Below, one piece after another: positions 36,038 through 48,900 of a stretch of 64,000 nt of DNA. This stretch comes from Raillietiella orientalis (lineage: Eukaryota). Below the pieces are notes generated by a model. The model ran no database searches and was not told the origin of the DNA. It worked only from the letters and a program-made list of their open reading frames with translations. The stretch lies in assembly GCA_036172245.1 (NCBI GenBank), contig JAYWIR010000002.1, positions 5,456,001-5,520,000 of the forward strand, in the 5' to 3' direction. The first letter of the stretch is position 1. Each line of letters opens with the position of its first letter. The position numbers were made by a program, and so were the translations under genes.

Positions 36038-39000
36038 CTAAAACACAAGGTGATCAGAAACACAGCATGGCGCCAAACGCGCGACGGTTCTATCGGCGAG
36101 AAAAATTCTGCCTGGCGAGGGCGTACCCACCACGTAACAAAACCCAGGCGTCCACCCCCCCAGGGGCGACAGCGGTTCGGCAGTGACCAGTACGATCACC
36201 GAGCACTCGCAGATCTGCGGCGCAGAGACAGCAAAGTCCGATCACCATGGAATGAAATCCCGTGGTGGGGGCTGACCCAAGAGAGAGCTCGAGGTCTGCG
36301 CCGCCACCGACGTTACCAAATCTTGAGCCACGCGATGTGGCTCAAGATTCCACCAGTCCACGGGTGCGCAGCTGTGAGAAGACGCCGCGATCTGCTCGTG
36401 AAGGAAGAAAAGGCACACGCTTCCTTCGACGCAAGCAGAAACCGGGAACTTCTCCCAAGCATGGTTTCCGGAATGTTCTTTACCAATTCTTCAAATCGAG
36501 CAATGTTTTTCTTTTTTTTTTTTTTTTTTCCTGTTTCCTTGTTTCATCTAAACCAGTGACCGGTTCCAAGTTTCGATTATCCGTCCACGGATGTGTGCAC
36601 CCTTAATCGCCTGCCTGAGTCTGGCACGTTGGTGTTACACTGTCTGCCACCAAATCTTGAGCTGCAGAATCCACTTCAATCCCTTTTCCTTTTTCCCAGA
36701 AAAAACACGTAATGGCGAATCTGCACAACGCTGTTCAGCACAGCGACGAAAACTCGCTGCAGACTGTCCACACCGCAGTAAAGCGATCGTGAAGCACTCA
36801 TTTGATAGCCTCCACGATCAATTTTGGACGCTGTGCACCGTCCTGCAAAGATGCCCTCGCTACGCACAAATGTGAGAAACCACAAAAACCGCAAGAAACC
36901 ACCCGTCTGTGTTGATCCACCGGCTATTCGCAAAACGGTGGCGGGAAGAATCCAGCCGCACTCTGGGAAAGGTGATTACCTTTTCCTTGAGCAAAGCCTC
37001 ACGCCAGACGTCCAGAACGCTCGACCTAATTCCACGAAATCCAGCTCTTCTACTCGGGACTGCCTACTCCGAATCCAAAGCGCAGCCCCACTCTCGAAAC
37101 GAAGCGACTCTTCTCCATGCGGATCGATCGAACTCATCATCAAAGGGCACGCTCCCGGGCAGTGGGCAACGCTCTTGGAAAGTGCGCAAGAACGAACGCT
37201 CCCGCGAACACGAAGGTGGACAACAGCCGTCAGGACGGGGGGGGGAATGGCGATCTCGTAAAGCTCGCAAATGTTTTGAAGGAAATGATATTCATCGTTT
37301 CCGGAAGCACCGCAAGTAGCTGCTGGCGAACTGGAGGGGTCCCCGTCCATGTTAACCAGGAAGGACGAACCTTTTTACTTATGGAACTCTGGGATCTGCG
37401 AGGAAGACTCGCTGCTTGCGCGTGGAAAATCAGATCACCACTGGTCCGTGCCAAGACTGCCCTGTGATTCTTCCGTGAGCTGAACGCCATCTTTGACGCC
37501 TGTGCGACCCCTTCCACAGATTCACCATCTACGAATCAACCGAAATCCCGCAACGTCGTCCGTTACTGGAGCTTCTCGCAGCGAGGGCGTGCTCGAACGG
37601 AGACGGCGACTTCTACCCCACTTCTGTGGGAACCTCGGCGTGAGAACCTACGCTGCAGGCACACGCGGATACGCGGAGGGCAGAAGAAACAAAATGGCAT
37701 GTGGAGTTCATGAGCCTTTAATAAATGGAGGCAAACGTGCTTTTGATTAGAAAGAAAGGGTTGGCTGCCGAAACAGAACGCGCCACAAACCGCAACCAAA
37801 CTGAAAGATCATCCGCTCCTCTTACGAACAGTGCGCTCCAAACAACTCTCTGCTGAGCAACTCTCCACTTCAACAGCAGCCAGAAACTCCTTCAGCCGCA
37901 GGACGGAAATCACAAAGTTACTGACACACTCCTTGCTGTAAAGGCCTTTTATTAATCGTCTACACTCTTCCACGAAACGTGGATGCGTTTCCGCTGCTTA
38001 GAAACGCCAGTCCAACAGACAAACCGCGGATTACCGCAGCTCATCCCGGCGCCTTCTACATAGAATCATCTCACAGCGCAGCGAACAGAGATCATCTTTT
38101 CAACTCACGAAGACACACTCCAGGAATCCGAGTTGATAGCATCGCACTCACGAATGAGGCAGCGCCAACCTCGAGTTACATCACTACCTGAAACTCCCAG
38201 TTACATCGCTAAGAGGGGGGGCCCTCCGTGTCCAAACACACGTGCGGTAAGACTCCCACTGCTTGGAAAATTTGGCGTTCACCTGATACATTGGGAGACA
38301 ACGACCCTGGACGGCTCGCTCCTCTGGACCCACACGATGCAAGCACGCGGCGCGCTCCACGGAAGCAAACTTGAAAAAGTGGCGAGAGCAAATCTGGACC
38401 TACAGATTCGGTAGCTGGCGAGCACGCGAGCTAGAGGAAGATGCTGCGGCGACGACCCTCTTGACGAACCGCAAACCAACTCTTTTCCCTGAGCGCCTTG
38501 GCGAGGCGTCAGACGAGGAGACGCCGCGTCCCGAGACGGGACGGAGGAGGAATCCCCCGTGGTCGCGCGCGTTCCGAATCGCCGCGAAGGAGAGGAGGCG
38601 AGAGAGAAACCGCCCGAGCGAACCGGTGACGCTGACCAAGGAAGCAGGGGGGGCAACCCCAGGAGTCGCACTCCCCTCGGAAGCACGGAGCGCGTACTTG
38701 GCCCGAGACGCCCAGTGAAAAGATCCCGGCGCCGAGAGGGTTTCGTGCGCGGATTGAATGGCGCAATCAAAAGAGGGGAAAGAGCGGGAAGTATCGGCTG
38801 TAAACTTCAACTTTACACCCCGCACTCACTCCCCTTTCCCTCAGGCAGCGTCTGCACAAAACAACCAACAAAAAAAGGAGAAGAGGGAACCTGGAAACCA
38901 TCATGAAAGACAGGCGCGCACGAGTTCCGCACCACACGTGGCAGCGAAATTCGCTTGCGGCCGAAAGAGAGCACTGAGGTGCTGATGCTGAATGACCGAT

Positions 39001-41771
39001 GCGCCGGAAGGAAAGCACCCGACGTGCGTTTGCGACGTGGCGCCAGGGGGCAACCCCGCGAAAGAATCCCTGCTTTCGAAAGGGGCTGGTTCGATCTGCC
39101 ACGACATCCAGGTCGATCAGCCGCCTCTCACCCCCTCCCCCCTTCCTACGAAACGGAAGCCTCTTCAGGCGCGAAAGAGGAAACCCGGCTCGAAGAAACC
39201 TCCGACGAGGGGAGCTCGACGTCCACTCGGGATCGCGCAACCAGGAAACAGGTCCAGCACCGTTCAGTCTTCGGGCTCGGGAGCAGCGGCTCTCTACTCC
39301 AAAAGGGCGTCGCATTGAAGGGATCCTGGGATGCGAGCGTGGACTAAGGGCCCACCACGGCTACAAGGTGCCATCAAGCTGACAGTCGAGCGTTTCCAGG
39401 CCGCGGTTTTCGCACCCTAGCAACGATCCCGACAAGGTGGGTCCCCCCCCCCCCCCAGAGTTGCGAGTGACGGCCAGGGGAGGAAGACACCGAAGCTCAA
39501 GGATGATGCGTGCGGAGGCGCGCGCCCGCTCAGGAGTCAACTTGGCCCTGGGGTTCGGACGCAACAGTCGGGGAAATGGGTGCTGCTGAAAGTGGAGGAG
39601 CACTCGTTCTTCACATTCCGTCCATTTCGTTCTTAGCGTCGTTGCCATGACTAGGGACCTTCAAGGAAGGCTGTCAAGAAGTCGTCACGCTCCAGTACCA
39701 CTCGTTCAGGCCACCACAAATCGTCCGACGGATTCCACGGGAGAAGACGCTTCTAGGAAACCGCTTCCGCTGCGCGCGAAGAGGTCTCCGGGGAGTCGAC
39801 CGGCGGTCGCAGAGCCCACAGGCGAACGAAGGACCGCGTCCGAAAGCTACTGCTGCCGCCGTCGCCGGGAAGCGGAGTCCCTTCCGGCTGTGCGCATGCA
39901 ACCGAGCAAACCTCCGGCGAGCAGAGCTGCCGACGGGACGCAACGGAAAAGGTGCAACGCGGGATCCCGTTTTCTGGCGTGGGAAGGACGTGGCCGTGAC
40001 CGTCGCAAGGAGCCTTCCGTCACTACCTTTCCGCGGATGGAGAGAGTCCACGGCTTTCGTCTCCATCTACCTTCGCTGCCCCATGATGGGGGGGGGGGGG
40101 TTGTGAGGGCGCTCCGGAGCGAAGAGTGTCGACGACCGTTCGGCGTCGCTCTCGCGGAAGCGCCACGGTCACTCGCAGCGGGCTCCAAGGGTTCACTGCG
40201 GGCTGCGAGGACGCGGGCGTTGCTGCACTCAAACCTGGCCGAAGATAGACGGTTGCACGGAAACCGTTCGTTCGTCCCACCACCACCCCGCACTGCGGCG
40301 TCCTGCTCGAAGTGCATGCGGGACCCACTGCCCACACAGGGGGGGAAAGGCCGAGGGGATTGAACAGCCGCGTTCGTTTCCTGGACCTCCACCCCGCTCC
40401 CACGTGTCCGCATGACAACAGCAGCAGCCCACCCGGCGGCTAACGGGGTGAACTGCGCGGACAGGCGGGCTCAGAAAGTGACCTTTGTACAGCCCTCGGG
40501 TGGGTTCCTACATCATTGGAAAAACAAAGACGACCGCGAGGGGAGCCGCCGCCTTCGACTCTTCCCCACGCCGGAACTTTGGCGCCGCCTCGCGGGGAGG
40601 GAGGAGGCTGCCCATGGAGTTCCTCCGTGCGGCCGCGAGCGCTCCGGGGCGCGCGCGTCTTCCGCCTGAGGTGCCGCGAGTTTGCGCCGAGCGTTTCGAA
40701 AGGGACCTGACTTTCTGCCCCTCCCTTCAGGGAGGCCAGCCCTCGAAGTCTCCGTGGAAAATGCCTCCCCCTTCTTCCTGCCGGGCACAGGCGAACCGGA
40801 CTGCGGCGCAAAGAAAAGGCGGGCGTCTCGTGTCTTCACTCGGGAAGGTCGCGGAACGCTGGCAGCGCTGCAGGGGCGAGTTCTGGCTGCCGTCCCGAAA
40901 CGGCGTGACGGCTGGCGAAATCCGCGGCCGCCTCCGACAGACAGCGTGACCTCCACACTTCCCGGAGATCCCGCCGCGAAATCCGCTTTGTAGAAGACGT
41001 CCGTGGTCACTCGTAAGTGCTCCGAAATGACCTCCGGGGGAGGAGAACCCAACCTTCGCTCCGGTACCAAGTCGACCGCAACGGACGTCTCTTCAACACA
41101 AAGGAGAAAGCAACCCCTCTTCCCCCCCTCAAAGGGTAGGCGGCGGGACTCCTGGCTTCCCAAAGAGCTACGGCGCGATTCGGCACCGCAGCAGCCCAAT
41201 TCCTGGGAGGACCAAAGAGAGGGGTGAGGGGGAGGTTTCGGCACCAACTGCCGAGCAACAACGCCACTGCGGAGGGCACGGGGGACCTTCCAAGCGCGGG
41301 GCAACGAGCAAGAAAAACAGCCGGCCCCGGCGCCCGACCGAACGCGCACCGCAAACGTTCCGTCGGACGCGCTTGGTGGTCGCTGGACTCGATCTCAGGA
41401 CGTACCCACACCCCATGCCCACTGCAACAGTCAAACGAAAGCAACGCCGTGTGCGTGTCCACGGTCCCACTTTGCGCCCGGTGCAGTCTGGAATTCCCAT
41501 GTCCCTACCGGAGTACCGCAAAAAAAAAAAAAAAAAATGAATTCAAATTTCCAGGAGGCTTCGACCGCCCCAAGATGATGGCGGATACCCTGAGGCAAGG
41601 GGGAAGGAACCCTGCGCAGGGAATCGACGCCACCCGACGCGGAAGGGGAACGGGCGAGCGAGCGGAAAAATGACCAGAAGAAATCGCGGTGACCAGGCGC
41701 CCCCCCCCCCCCGCCGCACGGCAACCTGACCGCGTGGGGCAAGCACGCTCCGAACAACGCTGCATACTTAC

Positions 41772-42338
41772 TCCGGTGGGTAGCGCAGGGAAAGACGAGT
41801 CGCCGGGCTGCGCAGTGGATGCTGGGGCGCTCCTGGAAACGCCCTCTCCCTTTCCACCGACTTCATCAGACGACGAGGAGGAGGATGCACAAGAACGAAC
41901 CCGTTCGCTACCGGGAGGGGCCTCGTTCTGTCGGTGGCCGTCGGCAAAGCACTCGAAGGGCAAGCGGGGGTGCCACGACTGCGCCCTGCACGTGCGGATG
42001 ACGTTCTCCTCGGTGTTCTGGACGGTCTTCTGGTCGACCACCACCCCGTTCTTCTTCACGACGGTCGTGTCTTTGTTCGTCTGCGTGTGCTTCACCGTGA
42101 GGGTGGCCTCCACCTTCGTGATGTACTGGCCCTCGCCCAGGTGGGCACCCAGCACGGACTCGAGCAGCTTCGAAGGGACGACGCCGGACAAGATGGACTG
42201 CTTCAGTTCCTCCGCTTCCTCGCCAACTAAGCGTACGGGGACGCCGTTGATGAGGATCAGCTCATCCTGTATGATCCTCGTCTGCTTGCTCTTCTCCGTG
42301 TCGACGATGGCAGGTTCGGCATCCCGAACACTTTCCAT
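41772..42338 (-). CDS. Probable first coding exon (N-terminal extension) of the RasGEF1 gene
   Basis: ATG at 42338 opens a globular-looking peptide (MESVRDAEPAIVDTEKSKQTRIIQDELILINGVPVRLVGEEAEELKQSILSG...) with GC-rich third positions. It ends at a consensus donor GGA|GTAAGT (41772/41771) in phase 0, compatible with the phase-0 acceptor at 33580. Linkage to RasGEF1 is inferred. Confidence 0.65.
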
Positions 42339-42941
42339 GCTAGTCTCTCCTTTCTTTTGTGTGTATGTGTGTGTGGGGGAGGGGGGAGGGGGGTAGAGCG
42401 TGTATGCGTGCGCGTGTTTTCCTTTTATGGTATCACATCAGTTTCGTACACAGGACGACACTCAACACTCGCATGAAGCGAGCAGCATGCTGCACCTGGA
42501 GGGCACGTTTGGCGGAGTGGGGTGGGGTGAGGTGAGGGGGGAGAGACCAAGACCACACGCACAAGGAAGCGCAGAAACAGTCGGGAGTCTGCCGCGGGGC
42601 AAATGCGAAATCAAAGAACTTTCGAGAAGACCTTCCTTGGCGCACAGAAAGTGTTGGGTTCTCGAGAGAGCAACAAAATATCGAAATTCGGTACAGAGCT
42701 GGAAAGTAGAAAGGGGTGAAGAATTCCAATTCGAACCCTCGTGATGACCTGTCGTTGAAGACCTGTTGCCCCCACCCCCACCCACCCCACTTCAACGGTA
42801 CTGCAGAGCGATTCAGAAAATCCGACCCCTCCCTCCCCGCATCTTTTCCGAGACGCCTCACCGTCCGGCCGATCGTCCCACGGCAAGGCGAGGCGCGGCG
42901 GCGCAGCAGCTCGGCGCCGTGCCACCGTGACGTCGAAAGCT

Positions 42942-42977
<36 letters not shown>
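42942..42977. repeat. (GCA)n microsatellite
   Basis: ~12 GCA units. Confidence 0.9.
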
Positions 42978-42979
<2 letters not shown>

Positions 42980-43412
42980 CATCCCGGACGGCTGCTGCCG
43001 GATGCGTCTGGCGACGTGCGTAAGACGCTCGGGCCAGGCGACCTCGGCGGATGCCCTCGTGGGCTACGCGAAGTGCGCGGCTTCCTCGCTCGGGGGACGA
43101 GAAAAACGCGCGAATCCAGGGACTTCCCCATTAACGATCCACTCCAGGATGCAATCGCGTGTGTCCATCATCTATCTCTTCGCCGCTACGCACAGACAAT
43201 CGACGGACGGCGCTGGGCACATTCCTTTGCAAATGCGCTTCCCCACTCTAATGGCAAACGGAAGGACCACACACACACACACACACACACACAAAAGAAA
43301 TGGTTGCTTTTCGTACACTCCAGTAGGAGGGGGGGGGGGGAGAACTCTCCACCGGGCTCCAAGAGACGAATTTCGTTACCACTTGTTCAGCCACAATCGA
43401 TGACCTTTCCAG

Positions 43413-43466
43413 TTTGGAAAAGAACACCAAAATGCGATGCTTCGCATTTTGGTGTTCTTTTCCAAA
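43413..43466. repeat. Perfect 25-bp inverted repeat with 4-nt loop
   Basis: TTTGGAAAAGAACACCAAAATGCGA-TGCT-TCGCATTTTGGTGTTCTTTTCCAAA. Confidence 0.95.
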
Positions 43467-43862
43467 AATCAAAGAAAAAAAAAAAGGAAAAAAAGAAACA
43501 TTTTTTTTCCTGTTCTTTCCCTTTCTTTGTCGATGGTACTGACAACATCTCACCCTGGTGCAAAATTACCAACTCCGCGCGATGGAGGTGCGCACCTAAC
43601 GCTGCGTCGGTTACCCCCTATTATTATGACCTATTTTTCCCATCATGATACCGGGAGCATACGGCACGAGGCGATTTCCCGTCCCACGGAAACACCTTGG
43701 AAATCCCTGAGCATCCGCGAAGTTCATTACGTACGCTTCGATGGCCCCAAACGCGCACGGCATGCCCCTTGTTTGAGGGCATCGCCGTCCCCACATCGTC
43801 CCCGGATGGCGCAAACCCTCAAATCCGTGCAAAGAACCAGCAAGCAGAACAAGCTAAAAAAA

Positions 43863-43897
43863 AATAATAATAATAATAACAACAACAACAACAACAA
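43863..43897. repeat. (AAT)n(AAC)n compound microsatellite
   Basis: AAT repeats followed by AAC repeats. Confidence 0.9.
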
Positions 43898-45217
43898 CTT
43901 CCGTCCCGAGGATACCGAATCGACGATTTTTAATAAAAAATAAAAATACATGCTGGGAATTACGTAGCTGGTGGCTGGAGGAGCACCACGGAAAACACCG
44001 CTGAGGCCGCACACACCGACACGCAACGTCCACGCGGACTGCGGCGTCGAAGGGATGCGGAGAAAGGGACACGAAACGATCGGGGAGGAGGACACCATGG
44101 AGACGCAACTGCGCGCGCTGCGGAGCAGGGAAACTGCGCTCGAGGTGCAGACAACGCTGCTGGCCCGTCCGTCACGTTTGCACGAACATTCCAAAGGATT
44201 GCCCTACGGCAACGGCACGCACCGCACACAGGGATGCCACGCGGCGCGGCCCGGTTGCGCTCGGCTCGTCCACGTTCGCGTGCACGCCGCTCCCGGGAGA
44301 CACCACCACCAGCATCCAGCACCCGAAGAATGCGGCCGCCTCGCCCGCTTGCAACGCACAAAGACATGTCAACCGAGAATGCCATTATCGGGGGGGGGGG
44401 GGGGAGGGAGGGAGGGGGAGAGAATAACGGGTCGCTCGCGAACTGCGGAGAGCCGCGGAACCTCGCGCTGCAACCGCCACGCCAAACTTTTGCCGAGATG
44501 CGCGGGCAAGACGGGGGTCAAACGACAGCGGTCCGAGCGGGAATTTCACGACGCATTTCGCTCCGCTGGGAACGGATTGACCCCGAGCAACTCGGGGCAG
44601 CGAGCGCGGGAGGGGCCGCTCGGGGGAAACTCCCATAACTCACGCAGGGAGGGGAAAAGGGAGGGGGGGGGGGGCGCGCGCGCGCGCAACCATCGTGGCT
44701 CTCGTGCGGACCGCACCGGGAAACCGCCGGAATGCTCCGCCAGGCGGCAGGCACTTCCGCTCGGCGTCCAGAAGGCGGACAGCAGCAGCAGCGGCGCTCT
44801 GCCGTCTTCCGCCGGGACCTGGCTCCTCGGGTGCCGTGCCAACTCCTACCTGGGAACCCGGCCCTGCGTGCCGGGAGGAGGGAAGGGAGGGGGAGCGGCG
44901 CGATCACGTGCTTCGCGGACGTTCCGCACGTCCAGCATGTGGCTGTTCCGCGCGGACAGCGAGGTCGGATGACCATTCGCGCAACGCTCCCTGCATTCTT
45001 CTTCGTCGCCCGCAAGTCCCCACGGCCAAGGGTGTGCTTGTCCCGAGACGAGGGCGCCTTCGCCGCAACCCCGAACGCGCGGCGCGCTCGAGTGGGAGCG
45101 CTGCAATCGGGACAGGGGCGGCTTGGGGTTTCCGGTCGGGCCACGTGCGGCGACCAACTCGGGGCGGACACAACTTTGACGGCACGGACACTGTCGACCC
45201 CGCGGAACCGCTGCGCC

Positions 45218-45261
45218 TCTCCCGCGGTCAGCGCATGGGCTTGAAAGAGCAACCGACAGCC
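45218..45261 (+). repeat. 44-bp dispersed motif, copy 1
   Basis: TCTCCCGCGGTCAGCGCATGGGCTTGAAAGAGCAACCGACAGCC, identical to 54429-54472. Confidence 0.9.
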
Positions 45262-45888
45262 CGGGCACCTCGAGCGAATCTCTCGAGTGTCCATGGAAGA
45301 TGCATTTTCGATCATCTCTGCATCCCCCTCGACAACCGGCGATCCGCAGTCTTCGCTGTACACTGCCCGCTCTTTCGTACGCAGCGGGGATCTCCAGCCG
45401 TTCGGCTCCGGGGGACCAGCAGGCTCGACGTGAAACCAACACACACACACAAAAAAAAAAATTTCGGGATAAAACGCATGCGAAGGAGGGGGGGGGGGGA
45501 AGTGACTTTGAAACTCCAGTGGGTCACAACGCACAAACTGCTTCCACGAGATCTCACTCTGAACGAAGGGAGAGGCTGCTCCATCGCACGCACGCGACGC
45601 CGGATGGTGCAACCCGCGCGAGGGTCGCCGCCGTCAGGCAAATGAACTGCGAACCGTTCCCTTCGCTACGCCATTTTGCGTGACCCACACGCGACGCGCG
45701 ACTTAATCGACGGGGAGGAGGGGGAGGGGGGCCTTTTTCTTACTTTATTTTGCTCCTCACTCGAACGACGGAAAATCCATTTACCCATTTTTCTGAATCA
45801 ATAATCCAAGACGCCACGCGGTGCGACCGAGAGACTTTTTTTTTTTTTTTTTGTATGTTTATTTTTTTCCTGTTAGGAAAACCCCTGA

Positions 45889-45965
45889 GTTTGTGACTGC
45901 TTTAAATGTCCACAGATGGCGCTAATGCGTTTGTGACTACTTTGAATGCCCACAGATGGCGCCAA
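45889..45965 (+). repeat. Two-copy 40-bp tandem repeat carrying CCACAGATGGCGC (CTCF-like)
   Basis: GTTTGTGACTGCTTTAAATGTCCACAGATGGCGCTAA / GTTTGTGACTACTTTGAATGCCCACAGATGGCGCCAA. Confidence 0.85.
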
Positions 45966-48900
45966 CACACATACACACAAAAAAAGCGACACGAGGCAGG
46001 TGGACATTTCACGGGAACCTCTAGCACTCGGTGTTTCGACTCCTCTGCTTTTGGCTTTTCCTCTTCGCTGCCACGGAAACGCGGCCAGCAAACTCAAGGA
46101 TACGATCCGATGGTAAAAATGACAAAATGAAAAAAAAAAAAAAAAAAAACCTCCATTCGCCGATGGTGTCCGCAGAAGCGAATTTCAAAGGCAACTAGCT
46201 GGTGGTGGTGGTGGTGGTCCAAGAGGTCTGCCGTCAGCAGTCTGCTCGTACATGCACCCTTTGAACCACCTGGTTGCAGGACGCAAACGAGCGTCAGGAC
46301 GGCAAAGGAAAAGCGAAGTCTCTCTCACCACAGCAGCCGAAGAACAAAGCTCGCACAGGGAAGCGTGAAAAAGAAGAAGGAAAAAAAAAGGAAGGAACGA
46401 AGGAGAGGAGGGCAAGTCCGGATTCCTTTCCCTCCAGCTCCGTTTTCCAAGAGAAACGCTGACTCGAAACCTAAGGTCACGGAGGCGGCACGACCCGGTG
46501 CTTCGCACGTCGCGGCGTCGCCCAGCACCGGGTGGAACTGCGGCATCGGAACGACCGGGGGCACGACCAACCCACTTGCGGCCGAAGGACCACTGGCGGC
46601 GAAAGTCGGCCTCGGGACACGACGGGTCCGGCGAGAAACGCAGCGGCGGCCCTGTCGGGAGCCGCTGGGCTCTGCGTTTCGCGGGCGCGGCGCGACGGGA
46701 AGCATGGAGGAAGCTGCAGCCGAACCGCCCGACGGAGGGCACACCTCGGTCGCGATGGAAACTCGTTGCTCGGCAAGGGTGAAGCAAGGGTTTGCGGGAA
46801 AAAGGCAGCGGCATCTTTCTATTTATGGATTTTCCCCTCCTCCTCCCCTCCCCTTAATTAGGCACGCCGACGTTCCTTCTTCTCGGGGTCGTCCGATCCT
46901 TTGGGTTGGGCACCGGCGGAGACGGATTCTGCGTGTTGAAAAATAACTGCATTTTTCTTCTTCTTCTTCTTCTTCTGCAGCTTCTGGAGCCGTCGCTCTT
47001 CCTCGGATCGCAGATGCGCGTGCGTTTGGGGCTGGGGAGAACGCAGTCGAGAGGCCTTTAGCCTCCAGCAGAAAGAGCTCTTCGCGCAGCTGGGACCACC
47101 ACGCGCACGCAAAACGGCGCCACGCACTGGCGCCACGTGTGCGCCCACTTAACAGGTGACAACCCCGAAAGCAGAAATCCGTCCGCGCGCGCCTGACTTC
47201 CCACGACCCGACGGACGAATGACCGAGTAAAAGTGACGCCCATCGCGCCACAATCAGGGAGATGTTTCTTCCTTTCCTTTCCTTCCTTCCTTTCTTTTTT
47301 TTTTTTTTTCTTTTTCCTTTTTTGTTTCTGTTTACCGACCTCCCGTGCGGAATCGAACACCGTCGAGCGGAAGGTTATCGGCACGCCGGATCAGACGGAT
47401 TTCCCTATCGCTGGCGCATCTGCGCGAGAGGCGATTGCACGGGCGCCGCCGCCGACTCGCTCCGAGGGAGAGAGACAGAAGACCCTCCTCCTCTTCGTGG
47501 TCCTCGGGCAACTTCGTGAAAGGGGACGACGTGCTGCCGGGACTGCACACTCCTCACCTGAACCACGTCGACCTCCTCTGGATCGCCCAAGTCCAGTGCG
47601 CGCGCGCCCGTTTCAGGGAGAAGCGAAAAGGAGGAGGAGCAAAGTGCCCCCCCCCGGCGCATACTTCCGCCTCGGACCGACCCCCCGCGCGGCTCGAAAC
47701 GCCTGCGCGCGCGCCGACCTCGAGACCGCCGGGCCTTCCAGGCAGACAAGGGAGGGGCGCAGTGGATACGCCCGGTGTGTACGCTCGAGCAGCCAGCGAT
47801 GGCTCGTGTCAAACGGATATCCCTCCAAAACCGCCACGAGACTTCCTGCCGCGAGGCGCGCTATTTATACAGAGTGAATTTCTTTTACGGTGTGTGTTTT
47901 TTCCCCCGTCTCCAGAAAAAAAAAGAGTTCCCGAAGTCGTGGCTGTTGACGAGGACGCCCGTCTGTCGTTCCATCCGAGCATTTCGTTGGAACGGGAACA
48001 GCTCGCAGAATAATGAGGCGTGCAAATTCGAAAGTGGAGAAGTGGGGGAGCTGCAGGCTGGGCGCCATCCGTTTCACCAGCATCCCTACGGCGCAGCTCC
48101 TGGACCTTCTCTTTTTTTTTTTTTTTCTTTTTCCATTTCATCCGGTGCTTCCTTCCGCCGCCGCAGCGCACTTCTGCATTTCGCGAATTGCCCCTCCTGG
48201 AAAATCGGAACGTTCCTTTTGTCGATTTGGAACTCGGAAGTGGGAGCAAAAACACTTTCGTTGCCGTGTTCTCTAAATAACTTCGTCGCAACACCCACAG
48301 CGCTCGCAACGCTTCCGGAAACCCCCGCGTCATCTACACGGAGAGCCAAACGTCTCATTAGTACATCTCAAGGCCGCAGAGTCACTGACAGCGCTTTCGT
48401 CAGTCGCCTGCATTTTCGAATTGGGATTCCCCAATTACGTGATCCATTTTTCTTCCAGGGTTTCTCGTGAGGGTTTCTTTCTTTCTTTTTTTTTTGTGCG
48501 TGTACATCTGGAAACTGACATTCTTCCAATGACCATGAAAAGCAAACACCAATGCACGAAAAGACGAGATATTCTAAGATTTTCGGCACCTGAGTAATGA
48601 ATTTCAAGGGAGTCCCTTTGTCAGAATACCTTTTTTTTAAAAAGAAAAAAAGAAAAAAAAAAGAACAGACAGTTTTGAGAATCACATTAATCAAAGGAAC
48701 TCCATGCCCCATTTGACTTCCGGTGCTACAAAATTTTCGCACTCTTCAGCGGAAACCTCTCAGCCTCAGAGATTTTTACTTTTTACCGTGCTTTACTGAG
48801 CTGCCACGAAATTTCTTGGAACGGGAAGCAAGAAGACGAAACAGGCGGGAATTTCTTTCGGTCCGAAAGCAGATGTTTGCCAAAGTGTTATTTACATTGA

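Noticed and set aside
48609..48703. 12-bp imperfect inverted repeat GGAGTCCCTTTG / CAAAGGAACTCC in an AT-rich patch
   Set aside because: Could be DNA-transposon ends, but too short and no TSD or partner termini could be defined
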